From Euglena gracilis (taxonomy: Eukaryota), in the NCBI GenBank assembly GCA_039621445.1, contig CP154954.1:46851847-46915846 (forward strand): 64,000 nt of DNA, given 5' to 3'. Position 1 is the first letter of the stretch. Each line of letters begins with the position of its first letter. Both the position numbers and the translations under genes were made by a program. Below, piece after piece: positions 52,152 to 64,000 of this stretch. Under the pieces are notes generated by a model that ran no database searches, was not told where the DNA came from, and saw nothing but the letters and a program-made list of their open reading frames with translations.

Positions 52152-52618
52152 CATACATCTCTCTAAGGTTTTGCGAACCCCCGGGGGGGGGGGGGGGCGG
52201 CTGCAGCCAGCCCCGATTTGGGCCCAGCCTAGCCGCAGCAGCCCCCTCCCCCGGGGGAGGGGTGCTGCTAGCCCTAGCTAGCCAGCCCCTTTTTGGGGGT
52301 CCAGCCCAAAATTTTTTCGGCGCAAAGCGCCGAAATTTTTTGAAAAACTGTGTTCAAAAGTGGCCAAAAAATGGGGTTTGGGAGGCGTTTGGGGCATTTT
52401 TGGGGGGTTTCAGATGCATCATTTTTTCAAAAACTGTTTTGCAGGTCATTTTTGGGCATTTTTCCGATTTCAGTCCAGCTCGCCCCGGTTCGGGTCCAGC
52501 CGGGGTCCAGCCCCCCCCCCCCCCGGGGGGGGGCAGGCTAGCCAGCCCAAATTTCTAGCCAGCCCAATTTCCTAGCCCCAGCCCAGCAACCCCCCCGGGG
52601 TCCTTAAAGAGATGTATG
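52152..52618. mobile_element. MITE with 8-bp TSD and CCAGCC subterminal repeats
   Basis: TIR CATACATCTCTCTAAGG/CCTTAAAGAGATGTATG; TSD GCCTGGAG on both sides. Confidence 0.88.
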
Positions 52619-54499
52619 GCCTGGAGCAGTGACCATATGTCTCTTGAAGGTTTTGCAGACCCCTGGCTGCAGCAGCTGCGAGTCAGCCCCAATTTCAGCC
52701 CAACCCAGCCGCTTACCCCCTCCAAGTTGCTGCCAAAAAATTTCGGCACACAGCGCCAAAAATTAGAGAAAGTGGTCGAAAATGGTGAAGGGGAAATGGT
52801 GCTTTTGAGAGTTTGAAGGGGACCATGTTGCCCACGACTGAAAGCTCTTCTCAAATGCTTTCAGCAGATGGCCTTAGATTTCTGCCATGCTGCATGGTAT
52901 TCTATTTCCCCAAAATTGGCCGAATGGAAATTGTTGTACAAAAAAACCCCAATTTCTGGAGAAGACCCCCCAAAAAACTGCCCAGATGTGCTTACCACAT
53001 GATTACAAACCATTTTGGGCACTTTTGGGCAGTTTTGATTTTGGGTCCTCCAGACGCCAGCTTCAAGCCCGAACCGGCGTCACAGACGCCGGTTCGGGTG
53101 TGAAGCCGGAGCCCCCAGACATTGGTTTCAAAGCTAAGTGCGAGTTAGGCCGCCTAAGACGCTTGGCAGGACAATTTTTGGGAAGGAAAAAAAGACAGCG
53201 GTGCCAGGGACCCGCCTCAAGAGAAAACCCCAAGAACCAATTTCATCGGCTTGTTTTTCCCAAAAAGGCCGGGGCTGTGATATGATGTGATGATCCGCAT
53301 CACCAAGTGCGAAGTGACCACTTGGCGGGGCGGGGCAACCAAGGAAAGCAGCCCCATTCCTGTAGCCCGGGTGAGCTTCGAAAAAATCCTAAGTCCATTC
53401 AGACAGGAATTGACCGGAATAAACCAGAATAAATTCCGGAATAAACTGGAATAACCCAGAATAAACCGGAATAAAACATTGGAATAAAATTTTCGGCCGA
53501 CCGGAATATCTCCCTGCCCCTGCTTTCAGCACCAAAATATTTTTTGAGAAAAAAATTGGTCCTGATTTTTGGGCGAAATCAATCCGAAACGCAAGAAAAA
53601 TTGTCAGAAAATTGTTGATAATTATTTTTTCATTTTTGGGACAAATTTCATCGAAAGACGCACGGTGTGCAAAGTGTTTACGGTGTCCCACACGTTGTGC
53701 CGCACACCGTGCTTCGGCATCCCCAAAGGCCGTGCCAGAAATTCTTTTCGAGGGTTTTGGCCGATTCTGGACATTTTTCGGTGGGTGGGTGGGTTTTTGA
53801 ATAAAAAGCAGGTGGGTGGGCTTGGATGGGCATTTTTTAACTCAAAAAAATTCCAAAATTTTAAGGCATTTGAAAGTGCCTTTTCTAGGGCAGTCCGAAG
53901 GCTGTCCGGGCATTGAACCAACGTTTTTGATTGTGCACGGGGATCAAAATAATAAAACAAGTCCAAAAACACTTTTTTTGTGTTTTGGCAGGATGGAAAT
54001 GTGCCAAAAATATTTTTTTCTTCCCTAAGTTGGCCTCAGAAAAAATCCATCAAAATGCGGTCTAAAAAGGCCTAAAGTTGGCTTAAAATGGCCCAGATCT
54101 GTAATGCAACTCCAGCGCATTGGTGGACCACCCAAGTCCAACAGTGAAACGTATGCTTTGCTAAGCCCAGGTGTATTTCTCCCAGCAAAATATGTTGTCT
54201 TTTCTGCTTTTGGCGTGAGACAAAATCTTTGGACCACATCGAGTTGTTTGTTTGTTTTTCGGCACATAAATTGAAGCATGCGGTCCAGTCTCTGAGTCTT
54301 GGTTGCCGGTTTAGTCGTAGTCCCTTCACTGTCCCTTCACAGGTCCATCACCACTGGATACTTCAAGGTTGCCCAGTGTCGTGCACGCCCTTTTGGCCAA
54401 GACCCGGTCCACACCCATGCTTACCCGAGCCCTGCTGCTGTGAAAGAAACGGGTGCCGTGTTTCATTTAAAGCTGTTCGTCCGGCAAGGCAAATCCCCC

Positions 54500-57400
54500 T
54501 TGCTGCGCAATGGTGTGCTGCCGTCAAGGGCTCCCGTCAGCCCTGCCGAGGCCCCGCTGGATTTCCAGTTTGTGAAGGATTACTTGCCAGGGTTCGCTTC
54601 AGGGAACTACCTGCGGAGGCTTCTTCTTTTTTTTTTCCAACTCAGACCCCCCCTGGGTCTGAGGCCGGACCCCCCCTTCCCAGGCCGAGTTATGGGATTT
54701 GGCAAGAAGTGCTGGAAAAATTTTGTGAACCAAGGACGGATATTGGATATCGGTCCATACGGGTTTATCGAAAATCTTGAATTTATCAGGTCCCGAAGAA
54801 ATATCGTGAAATATCGGCTTTATTTGGGGGGGTAACGCACTTTTTTTTGTTTTTTTGGGCGATTTTTGGATTCTCCAAATCATAAAAATGAGGGTATCGG
54901 GGCACAAAATGATCATATCGGTTTATTGACTTTTATCGAGGATATTGTGCCAGTTTATCCAAATTTATCGGGACCCCCCCCCCTAAAACCAATATCAATA
55001 TCCATCCTTGAGTGAATTGCTTTCAGATGGCCCGATTTTGTGGGGAGGGGGCAGGCTGGGTGGGTGGGGGCAACCCCCGGGGCCAGAAAAAGACGCTTGG
55101 TCTGTGGAATCTTTGGCAGGTCTGGTGGTCTGAGCCAGTCGGGAGCGACCCCCTGCCCCCACTCCAGCTTGGAAAAGCTGACCCAGCCCGAGAAGTGGAC
55201 CATCGACACCCTGACCAGCATCGCCAAGGACGCCATGGATGATCATGCCAAGGAGATTGTGTATGCAATTGAAAGGTATGATGTGGATGTGAATGTGTAT
55301 GAGAGATTTTAGCGTCGAATGCTAAACCCGCCCCCAAATAATAACCCCCCAAATAATACCCCCCCCCCCGGAGGACCAACGTCAGCCACCCAAGTAATAA
55401 ACCCTCCTCTCTTGCAGCTGTGAAGGCATTAAAAAGAGGGAAAAAGCAGCAGAGATGTTGCAAAAAGAATCACAAAAATGGATGAAATCGGTGTAGAGAA
55501 TATGCAAAAAAGAACCAATTTTTTTCAAAAAGGACCAACAATTCCGAAAATGTGACCATTGGAGCCTCTGGAGGGGTTTTTGGGTCGATTTTTGACTTCG
55601 AATTTTCCCTCCCAAATAATGGGCACCCAAATAATTACCCCCCCCCTAGACCCACCCAGACTTCGAGTGTCCAAATGATAATTCACCAAGGGGGGGTCAT
55701 ATTTGGGGGGTTTACATGACACCTGGTCTTTTCAATGCCGCCGCCTGTGTTGGGGGCCCCAGGGGGGGGGGAGGGAGTCCAGGCAAAAAATTGTCAGTCG
55801 CCCTGAAAAAACCAGTCGCCCACCCCTTGGGGGGTCAGCCTGTGACTAAGCGCTTGTAAGCTCCCAACACAAATGTATGTTTTTTATTGCCGGAATTGGA
55901 TTGATCGACACAAAAAACACATAAACAGTAGTCAAAAGAACCTTAAATTTCAAAACTGGCTGGTTTCAATAAAATTTTGAGGGAGGGTTTGGTGCATTAG
56001 GTGCATTATCAGATATGGTGAAACAGCACCAAAAGCTGTTGTCCATCTCCTTTCAGCTTCTGGAAATATTTTATCACAAATCTATTTTCTTTTGATCTGA
56101 AGGTCCCTCTATCTCAGACAGCCTTTTCACCAAAAAAGTCCCTGGACCGTCAGCATTCCAGGAACTGGCGGTGCTTGGAGAAAAGAAACAAGCCCAGAAC
56201 AACATGCACACACCGCACAACACGATCGCGCGCATATGCGCACTTCCTTGTGCGCACCCATGCACAATCTGACCCTCCCCCCAATCGCGCACATATGCGC
56301 TTGATGTGACGAATCGCGCACAATCTGATCCCTCCAGTATGGTGTGTGTCTTGGTGCTGGGAAGGGGGGGGGTTGGCAAAAAACCACAAAAGTGACCTTG
56401 TGGTGAAGGACCCGGAAATTTTTTTGACCTGTTTTTCACATTTGTGGTCAAAATTCCTTTGGATTCCAGAGTCACCCACGCCACTTTTTTCGGAACACCA
56501 GTCAGTCACTACGATCAGCCACCCGGGAGGGCTGACTAGTTTTTGAAGCAGAAGTGATTACCCGGGGGTCAGAAATAATTGTATGGTTGAGAGATGGCTG
56601 GTTTGCACTTTTTCTTGCCGTCAAGAACCTCTTTGTTGATCCGAACAGGAGGATCTACAGCGCAACTGGTGATGCTAAATTGGCCGCTTGGTATCTGTTG
56701 GATTCCATTGCAAAGAACGTTGGTGGAGTCTATGTGACCCGATTCGCTGAGCATTTACCCAAAATGGCCTGCCGGAATATGCAAATTACTGGTGTCATTC
56801 CTCCCTTTCATCCTCCCTTGTTTGTGATACCACCCTCTGTCACCAGGGTGTCTTCCACTGATTCTTCCGAAAGAGCATTGCCATTTATAATCCCCGTCTC
56901 TGAATTAAAGTGCTGGTGCATTGATGGCAGACCGCCGCTTTCAGCAGCGGGAGTTGTGTTTCTATTTTTTGGACCTGTTTGATACCTTTTTTGGACCTGT
57001 TTGATTTCTGTTTATTTCTGGAGGCTTCCCATTAAAATTGGGGGTGCGCGCGCGGTGGACCGGACCGAGGGCAGACTTGTGGTGGTCCCACGCTTCTATT
57101 GGTTCCACAATATTGGGAAATATCTTTTTCAGGGAAGCAAACAGGGCACCAAGGTTTTCCACATTGCCAAAGAACAGGTACCCAGAGGGCCAGGGTCAGT
57201 AGGAGAGCTGTCCAGTGGTCTTTCCGGGGTGACATCTCTGTGCCACCGCAGGGTCCAATCAGCAGAAGTATGCAAAACTCCTGCGGACGTGGGCGGAGAT
57301 GGCCGTCTTCCCTCCGGAGGTCTTCCAACGCATCAAGGAGGAGGCAGCTCGGGCAGCCCAGCAGGAGAAAGAGAAGAAAAGTCGGGAGCGTGGACGGCAA

Positions 57401-57904
57401 GGAAACGAAGAGGCCTTTTGCCAGACAGGTCCATCGTCGCTCCTCACGCGCTTTGGGCACGCCACATCAAGCTGAATTCAGGGGGGAGTGTGCGGCAAAA
57501 ATGCCACAAAAAGCGCAGTTTTTTTTGCCAAGCCAACCTCACAAATGATTGAACAATTATCAAGGTGGGGTTGCAAGATTTTTTCTGCATGGTTGCCACA
57601 GAAAGACATCAATGTCAGTTTCATATCCATGAATATCCATACTAGGTATCCCCCATCTTCCCAAAGTCGGAAGAACGATTGGTATGCAATGTCTTCATTT
57701 CCAAAGTGGATAAACCCACCATTCATGAACCCCTGGGGTTGGTGGGATCTGGTTTGGTTTATCAGCCAAAGGGACAAAGGGCCAAAGGTCCAACAGTTCC
57801 TTACATCAAGGAATTGTTGATCAAAGCAGATCTCCAAAATCAGATCCCCAAAACGATCCAATACACCCTTCCAAATACCCATTTCCCCCAAAATTTCAAA
57901 AATG

Positions 57905-57961
<57 letters not shown>

Positions 57962-60900
57962 ATGGCAGGCGGGTAGCAGGGAGGTCCCTCCGGGGGGGGG
58001 GGGGGGGCCTGCTACCCACGACCCTGCACTGGGGTGTTGGGGTTACTGAAGGAGTGGGGTTTGGGTCCCGGCTGGCCGGCCTCTCCGGGACGCACATCCC
58101 CTCCCCACAATGTTTGGCCTCTGCCGCGCGTGCTCCCCCCCAGGACTGAACATTGCCCAGGGATGGGCAAATCCCTTGTGGGGGCCGACCGTTCGGCGGC
58201 CTTTATCTTTCTTTACCCCTGCCTGTCTGCCGCCTTTGGGAATCGCGCAGCATGGCCCAAGGGAGGGCGCGGGGGGGGATGTGCGTCCCGGAGAGGCCGG
58301 CCAGCCGGGACCCAAACCCCACTCCTTCAGTATCTCCAACACCCCAGTGCAGGGTCTGTGGGTAGCAGGGCCCCCCGGGGGGGCCCCCCCTGCTACCCGC
58401 CTGCCATATATATGTGTGTGTATGTATGTATGTATGTATGTATGTATGTATGTATGTATGTATGTATGTATGTATGTATGTATGTATGTATGCATGTATG
58501 TATGTATGTATGGCATCTGTGATCCAGGATCCGTGCTTATCCTGAAATGGATAACTCTGGATAACTACAGATAAGAACGGAGAAGTGCGAAACCCGAAAT
58601 ACGGATGACCATTGATAAACTACGGATAAATATGGATTATGTATGGATAAATGTGGATAACTATGGATATGGGGTCTGGCATAACTGAGGAGGGCTTTTG
58701 ACTGAGAGGACGGGAGGTGTTTCATGCATCGTGCACATCGGCATTTGGATGCCAGTCAAATTCTTTTGATTGGTATTTGGACGTCTCAGAAGTTGCATTT
58801 AATCCGCTTTTCCTCATTGCATTTCATTGCAATTTTTTTGGGTGTTTGGCCCAGTCAATAACCTCCCCCCTAAAAAGTGCACGGGTGCGCGCATTTTAAG
58901 GACATAGTTTCGTACCCTGCAGGGGTACGTGCACTCATTGGGGCACTGCTCACGGCAAGGCACAAAATACTAAACCACTCTTTCCACCACTCTTTTTCAG
59001 TTTTTCCTATTCTTGTGATGTCAAGCAATGAGTCAGGTGACTATGTGTCAAATTTGGGCTCAGATGATAGAAGTATTTGGTCTGAGGAAGACAGTATTGA
59101 GAAGGAACTTAAAGTCAGCATAATTGTGTGTGCTCTGACCTGATGTGGCAACAGTTTCTCCTTTGGGGCATGCACTTTTTAGGGAGGTAGTTTGGGACCC
59201 TTTGGTGGTGCGCATTAATTGGGGCACTGCACATAATTAGGGCACTGTGCACTTATCAGGGGGGTTACAAGCGTTTTTGCAGTTACGAATAATTACAGAT
59301 AATTATGGACAACTATGGATGACTATGGATGAGGATTTGACCCCCAACGATGGATAAGCACCAACCCCTGTGTGTGTGTGTGTGTGTTATTTTCACAAAG
59401 TCTCAAAATGCTGTCATATGTTTCATATATGATTAGCAGGGATCAGCTTGTTGAATGTGGGGCGGGTGTTTCATAGGACCGGGCTTGCTGCAAAAATTTC
59501 TTTTTGACGTACCCCCTCCCCCCAAATGAACCCCCTTGCCCCACTGTTTCTCTGATTTGAGATTCATTGTTGCTCATTCATGTTTCAGTTGTCTTCCAAT
59601 AATGGCAGCTCTGTGAAGGTTTTGAATTGCAGATTACATCTTTCAATGTAACATTCTGCTTTTTTTTATGCGACCTTCAGAGCATGCAGCTCATGACGCT
59701 GGGCCAGTCGGAGCAGCTCGCATGCAGCATTCTCCTCCACGAGATCGTATGTTCTTTTGCTTTCCAGTTGAAGTTTTTATCCATTTTCCCTTGTCTTGGA
59801 GGTTTTCCAGTTGCATTGGTGGCAAACTAAAGATGAGAATGCATGCTTTGAAGAAAATGTCCTTGTCTCATACTGTATGTGATGATTTGGCTAAAAGGTT
59901 CAAAAGTGGTCTTCTGTTTTTTTTTTATTGGGGCAACCGGATGACCCAAAATGTTATGTCGTGATTTTGATGTGTGTCACAGAATACTCTTTTGCAAATG
60001 ATTTCTGAATGGGCACTGCCCTTTTTTGTTACGTATGTCAGCTAGAACCAGGCCCGACCAGGGTCCAACCGGATCTACAAAATTAGCTTGGCAAAAAGGC
60101 CATCTCCCAAAACCTTTTATGCTTCTGTTCACCAATGCTGTAAATATTTCGACAGACAGGGTTGAATCATATAACTCTTGCCCCGGGACAGGCGCCTTTT
60201 CGCTGAATGGGGCACCTCTTTTCAGGGCCCCAACCCCACCCTCCCGACGACCTCGTCAGTCTGGCGTCGACGTTGCCGAAACCCCCAGAGGACCTTGTGG
60301 CCTGGCTGTGGCACAGGATTCTCTGCCAGAAACCTGCCACCCCCTTGCTGTGTATGAGGTCCGACACGTCATCGTTGGAATGACCAACTTCCAATTGCAT
60401 CTTCGCCTTTGAGAGAGGCCATCAATTCTCCCAACTGATGTGTGATCGCTGGGTGCAATGGACGTGGAGGATTTGGCCGCCGTTGACATTGCTGGGCCAC
60501 CGCATTGCCAGTGCCGAACCTCCGGCGAGTCAGAGCACAGAACGTTCCGAACACTGTTGCATTCCGGGTCGCCCACTCCGTTTGGTGTGCCCCGGCTTGC
60601 CCCGGCCCTGGTGGACGAGGGCGCGCCCACCCTTGGCACGGCCCCACCGCTGCCCCCCATGCCACCCCCACCCGCCGCCTTCCGGAGCGAGGGCCTGGGG
60701 CCCACCCCGCCCCGCCCAGCCTGGCCTCTGGTGGCAAACAGGAAGCCTTGGCTGCGACCGGCCGCTGCCTCCCCCCAGCCTGCGAGACTACGGAGCACCA
60801 CTCCCACCGACGCCTCCCCCCCTGCCCCCGGGTCCCCCAGTGCACCTCTCAGTGCAGCACCGTTCAGGCAATCTGGGCCAATCTGGGTTGGTGGGTTCCC

Positions 60901-63873
60901 AGTCAAAAAACAGTGTTTTCCAGTTCAACGCGTGGCAAGCCAAGCTGTGGTGGCACCGCCATCCAATGGACAAGAAATACGGCTTTTGCTCAGAAAGCGG
61001 ACGTTCGTTTGTTGCGAGGGAGAAAGTCCGCATCTTCCCCTATTCTCGACCTCCCCCCCCCCACATCCGGCTTCTCCTGTGCCTTGTGCCTCCCTCCGAC
61101 CCCGGTGGCCTGCGACGCCCCTCGCCATTTGCTGTCGGGGACGGGGCCCTCCCGCTCCCCCCGGTCCCGCCCCCCTCCTCCTCCCTGCTGGCGGTGGACC
61201 CCGAGCTGGCCCTGCTGCAGGAGCGGCACCGCCCGGGACATTGCCAAAGGGGACGCCGTGTACCCAGTGGTGGGTGGGCTCCCAACGGACTCTGGAGGAA
61301 CCCTCCTTCCCCCTGAACTGCTTGTTTTTTCCCCCCAAAATACACTGCCGACGCAGTGTGCCTCAGACACCCCCGGGTTTTTTGCAGAAATGGCATTGGT
61401 TGATGTTTGCCCGCAGACGGGCAAACATAATTGCCGAGGGCGCTCGTTACCGGGACTCAGAGACGTTGCAGGGACTTGGGGGCAGGCCCTTTTTTTTTGG
61501 CTTGTAAGACCCCCTCCCCTGTGCGCGCGCATGTTCACTCACCACACGGAACACACCCGGCCAGATGCGAAGTCCGCGCTGGCACTACAAAATTGAGCAA
61601 ACAGGAAACCTTTTTTGCATCAAAAGGGGGTCCGGAGCCAGGCTGGGTGGGGAACCCCTGGGGAAGTCTTCAAAAGAAGCCTGCTTGGGGGTCCGGGTTG
61701 TGGTGGAACGCGACGCCCTGGCGCCGCCTACAGCTTCTCCAGCTGGAGAGGGAGCGGGACGAGCTGCAGCGCCGCGTGGCGGACGCCGAAATGCGGCGGA
61801 GTGGCGTGCGACGGCTGACCGAAGACCGCAGACCCGCCCCCAAGGCCGCCAACCCTCCTCCGCGCGAAGAAGAGGTGTGGCGGCATGGGCCGGCCAGGCA
61901 TGTTGCCCACCGCACATCCATGCCATGTGAACATTGGGGTTGGGGGAAGGGCAAAGCTCACTGTTTCATGTCCTCTGTATTTGAGAGGGGCTAACAGCCC
62001 AAGTAGATTACCAGTCTTCGTTCTGAAAGGGGTGGAAAGTGTTTTGATTTTATCTCAATGGTGAGGTTAGCAATGTGGATTGGCGTGGATTGGGATGGAT
62101 TAGTTTGGATTGGGTTTGCATCGGTGATGGGCATCTTTTTTGAATTTATCATTTTCATTTTTTATCATATTCATATTTATCATTATTTATCATTTTTCAT
62201 TTTTTTTTATCATATTCATAATTATCATTATTATTGTTTGTTTTTATTACAGTTTTTTGTAGCTTTTGCATTTTTTTTTGTTTTTTGTTGTATGAACTGT
62301 ATGAATTGCATTCGCTTTCTCCCAGACTGTGGACCGCATCATGGCTGCGCCTGTGGAAGAAGTGCAGCCACCTCTACCCCCAGTGCCTCCTTGCCAGGCT
62401 TTTCCTCCTGTTCTCTTTGGTGTCAAATTCCATGCCGAAACACGGCAATGTGTTCACCCCCCCCCCCAGAGCTGACCCTGAGCCCCTTGGGTGGTGTATG
62501 AAGGGGGTTGTCCATTGAATATCCATTAGTGGGTGGGGTGGGTTGGGCTCCCCCCGCGCCAGGTTTTCTTTTTTCTTTTTCAGAACTTTCAACGGGGATC
62601 CTTCAGATGCCTTCAGTACCGAAGGAATTTGTCCTTGCGAGCTGGCATACCCACCGTGTGGCCCTGCCCCCCTGCTGCCCACCAGTTGGAGGGCAGGCAC
62701 AACACTTAGGGTATCCCGGTCCACTGGCTGACACACGGCAGGGCACCCCCCCCCTTTCTTTTCCAGGAATTCCTGGCTGGGTGGGCCCCACGGCCGCAAC
62801 CAAACCGCAGTGCCCAGTTTTCTGCACGTTCGGGTTCTCCCACGCCGAATTCGCATCAAAGTCCCCCCCCCCCTGATGGTGTCGGAGTGCTGTTTCACAA
62901 ACAAAAGCCTGCCCTCGGCCCGCCCCCACTGCCCGCCACCGCCCCGCCCAGCAGCGGCGGCATGCAGATCCGGCTGAAGACCGAGGACTTGACGCAGCTG
63001 CACACCGAAGAACGCGCAGCGGCGGTGGAGGTGGAGATGCGCGTCATCCCCAGCGTTGAAGGTGCTGGCCCATGAGTTCCACTCCGCACTCCCTCTGTCT
63101 GGTTTGAGCAATCTTTGTCCAACAATCCAGTTCAAGGCAAATCCTCCAATTTGACACAGTTTCGATCAAAATTTGCTTTTTCTGATTTTTGTGAACACTC
63201 ATCCAAAATGTTGGGAAAAAATTACCGCCCCTGCCAAGAGCTGGCTCCCCTCTTCTGTTGGAGTCAGGGGGTTTTTTTTTTGTCTTGGACCCTGGGGGGG
63301 TAGGGGGGGTGGGTCTGGCCGAGCCCCCCCGGGGGGGGGTCCCCCCAGGGGGTGGGATATACTTTTCGGCGCCAAAGGCACCGAAAATTTTTGAAAGAGG
63401 TGCCTTTTTTAGCGTTTTTGTTATTTTTTGGCCTTTTCAGGGAAAAGTGGGTTGGGTCCCCCAACCCCCCCCCCCCCGGCCCGGGGGTGGGGGGGTGGGG
63501 GGGGGGCCCCCCCTCCCCCCCGCTCTAAAAAAAAAACCCCTGGGTGGAGTGATCATGGTTGACAAAAGCAAACAGGGCATTTAGCCATTGTGCATGTATT
63601 ATGTGCCCATCACATCCCTCTGTTACGGCTTACACCGAAAGGTGGCTGTCGTTTTCCCTGGGGACAAAGACAGACTACGTGGCGATGCACACGCGGCCCC
63701 TTCTCTCTCAGTGGGCAATCCCCGGCCCGTTGCCTGGCCATTCGCGGAGGGGGCTGGGGCCAGTGCCCCCCCGCCAGCCCCGCCCCCGCCGCCCCCGCCC
63801 CCGCCTGCCGCCCCGGCGCTGTTCAGCGGGCCACCCCCGGACACCCCAGACCAGCAGCAGTGCCACCTTCAGG
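54500..63873 (+). CDS. PCF11: Multi-exon host gene: Pcf11-like CTD-interacting-domain (CID) protein; start and 3' end not defined
   Basis: Exons ...-54591, 55168-55275, 56649-56791 and 57252-57428 splice in frame to VKDYLPGLEKLTQPEKWTIDTLTSIAK...KEIVYAIERRI...KLAAWYLLDSIAKNVGGVYVTRF...KLLRTW (CID DSI motif); Pro-rich downstream exon-like blocks to ~63870 are less certain. Confidence 0.78.
54731..55010. mobile_element. MITE with ATATCGG subterminal repeats
   Basis: CAAGGACGGATATTGGATAT / ATATCAATATCCATCCTTG imperfect TIRs. Confidence 0.6.
57964..58405. mobile_element. Long-TIR (~140 bp) MITE inserted in a TA microsatellite
   Basis: GGCAGGCGGGTAGCAGGG... / ...CCCTGCTACCCGCCTGCC; flanked by (TA)n 57913-57963 and TATATA then (TATG)n to ~58512. 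Confidence 0.88.
58525..59370. mobile_element. Probable hAT-type element with GGATAA repeats, containing a nested TIR element (~58860-59268)
   Basis: CAGG..GTGCTTATCC / GGATAAGCAC..CCTG ends; inner CCCCCCT..AAGTGCAC / GTGCACTT..AGGGGGG. Confidence 0.5.
63265..63542. mobile_element. hAT-type MITE (same family as 36498/39802/44036)
   Basis: CAGGGGGTTTT/AAAACCCCTG TIRs; TSD GTTGGAGT/GGTGGAGT (1 mismatch). Confidence 0.85.
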
Positions 63874-64000
63874 TGCCAGAGCTCTCCAAATTCCCTTTGC
63901 ACTGTTCAGGGAATCAACGTAATGGAAATTATCACTTGCGTTGGGAGGGGTTGGTGAGTCGCCCAGCCAGTTGGTCTGACGGGTGGGGGTTTCTGGTGAT

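Noticed and set aside
43772-57428. Non-canonical (euglenid-type) introns
   Set aside because: All junctions I could reconstruct fit GT-AG with consistent phase

Overview
Eukaryotic, repeat-rich genomic DNA with GT-AG introns, many MITEs and long homopolymer runs; the host lineage cannot be identified from sequence alone. The first 27 kb is a nest of retroelements. Element A (1475-27298) is a Ty3/gypsy chromodomain LTR retrotransposon with TG..CA LTRs and TSD CTCT. A related element B (6085-18562) is inserted in the end of A's gag, with AGTT..AACT LTRs and TSD CAAC. Both carry a C5-cytosine DNA methyltransferase domain in Pol upstream of the protease. Element A also carries an N6-adenine (Dam/DIRS-like, NPPW) methyltransferase domain, giving C5-MTase/N6-MTase/PR/RT/RH/IN/chromo. 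A appears to express Pol by -1 frameshift and B by UGA readthrough. A shows a sharp internal switch from CAG/CTG-rich (gag) to almost CAG/CTG-free (pol and 3' region). A CRE-clade non-LTR element (RT + restriction-like endonuclease) follows at about 28.4-31.9 kb, joined via poly(A) to an LRR-coding segment. From about 33 to 64 kb lie two intron-rich host genes (an RRM protein and a Pcf11-like CID protein) whose introns are filled with hAT-type MITEs and foldback elements. All retroelement ORFs carry frameshifts or stops, some possibly homopolymer sequencing errors. Counts quoted are by-eye tallies.
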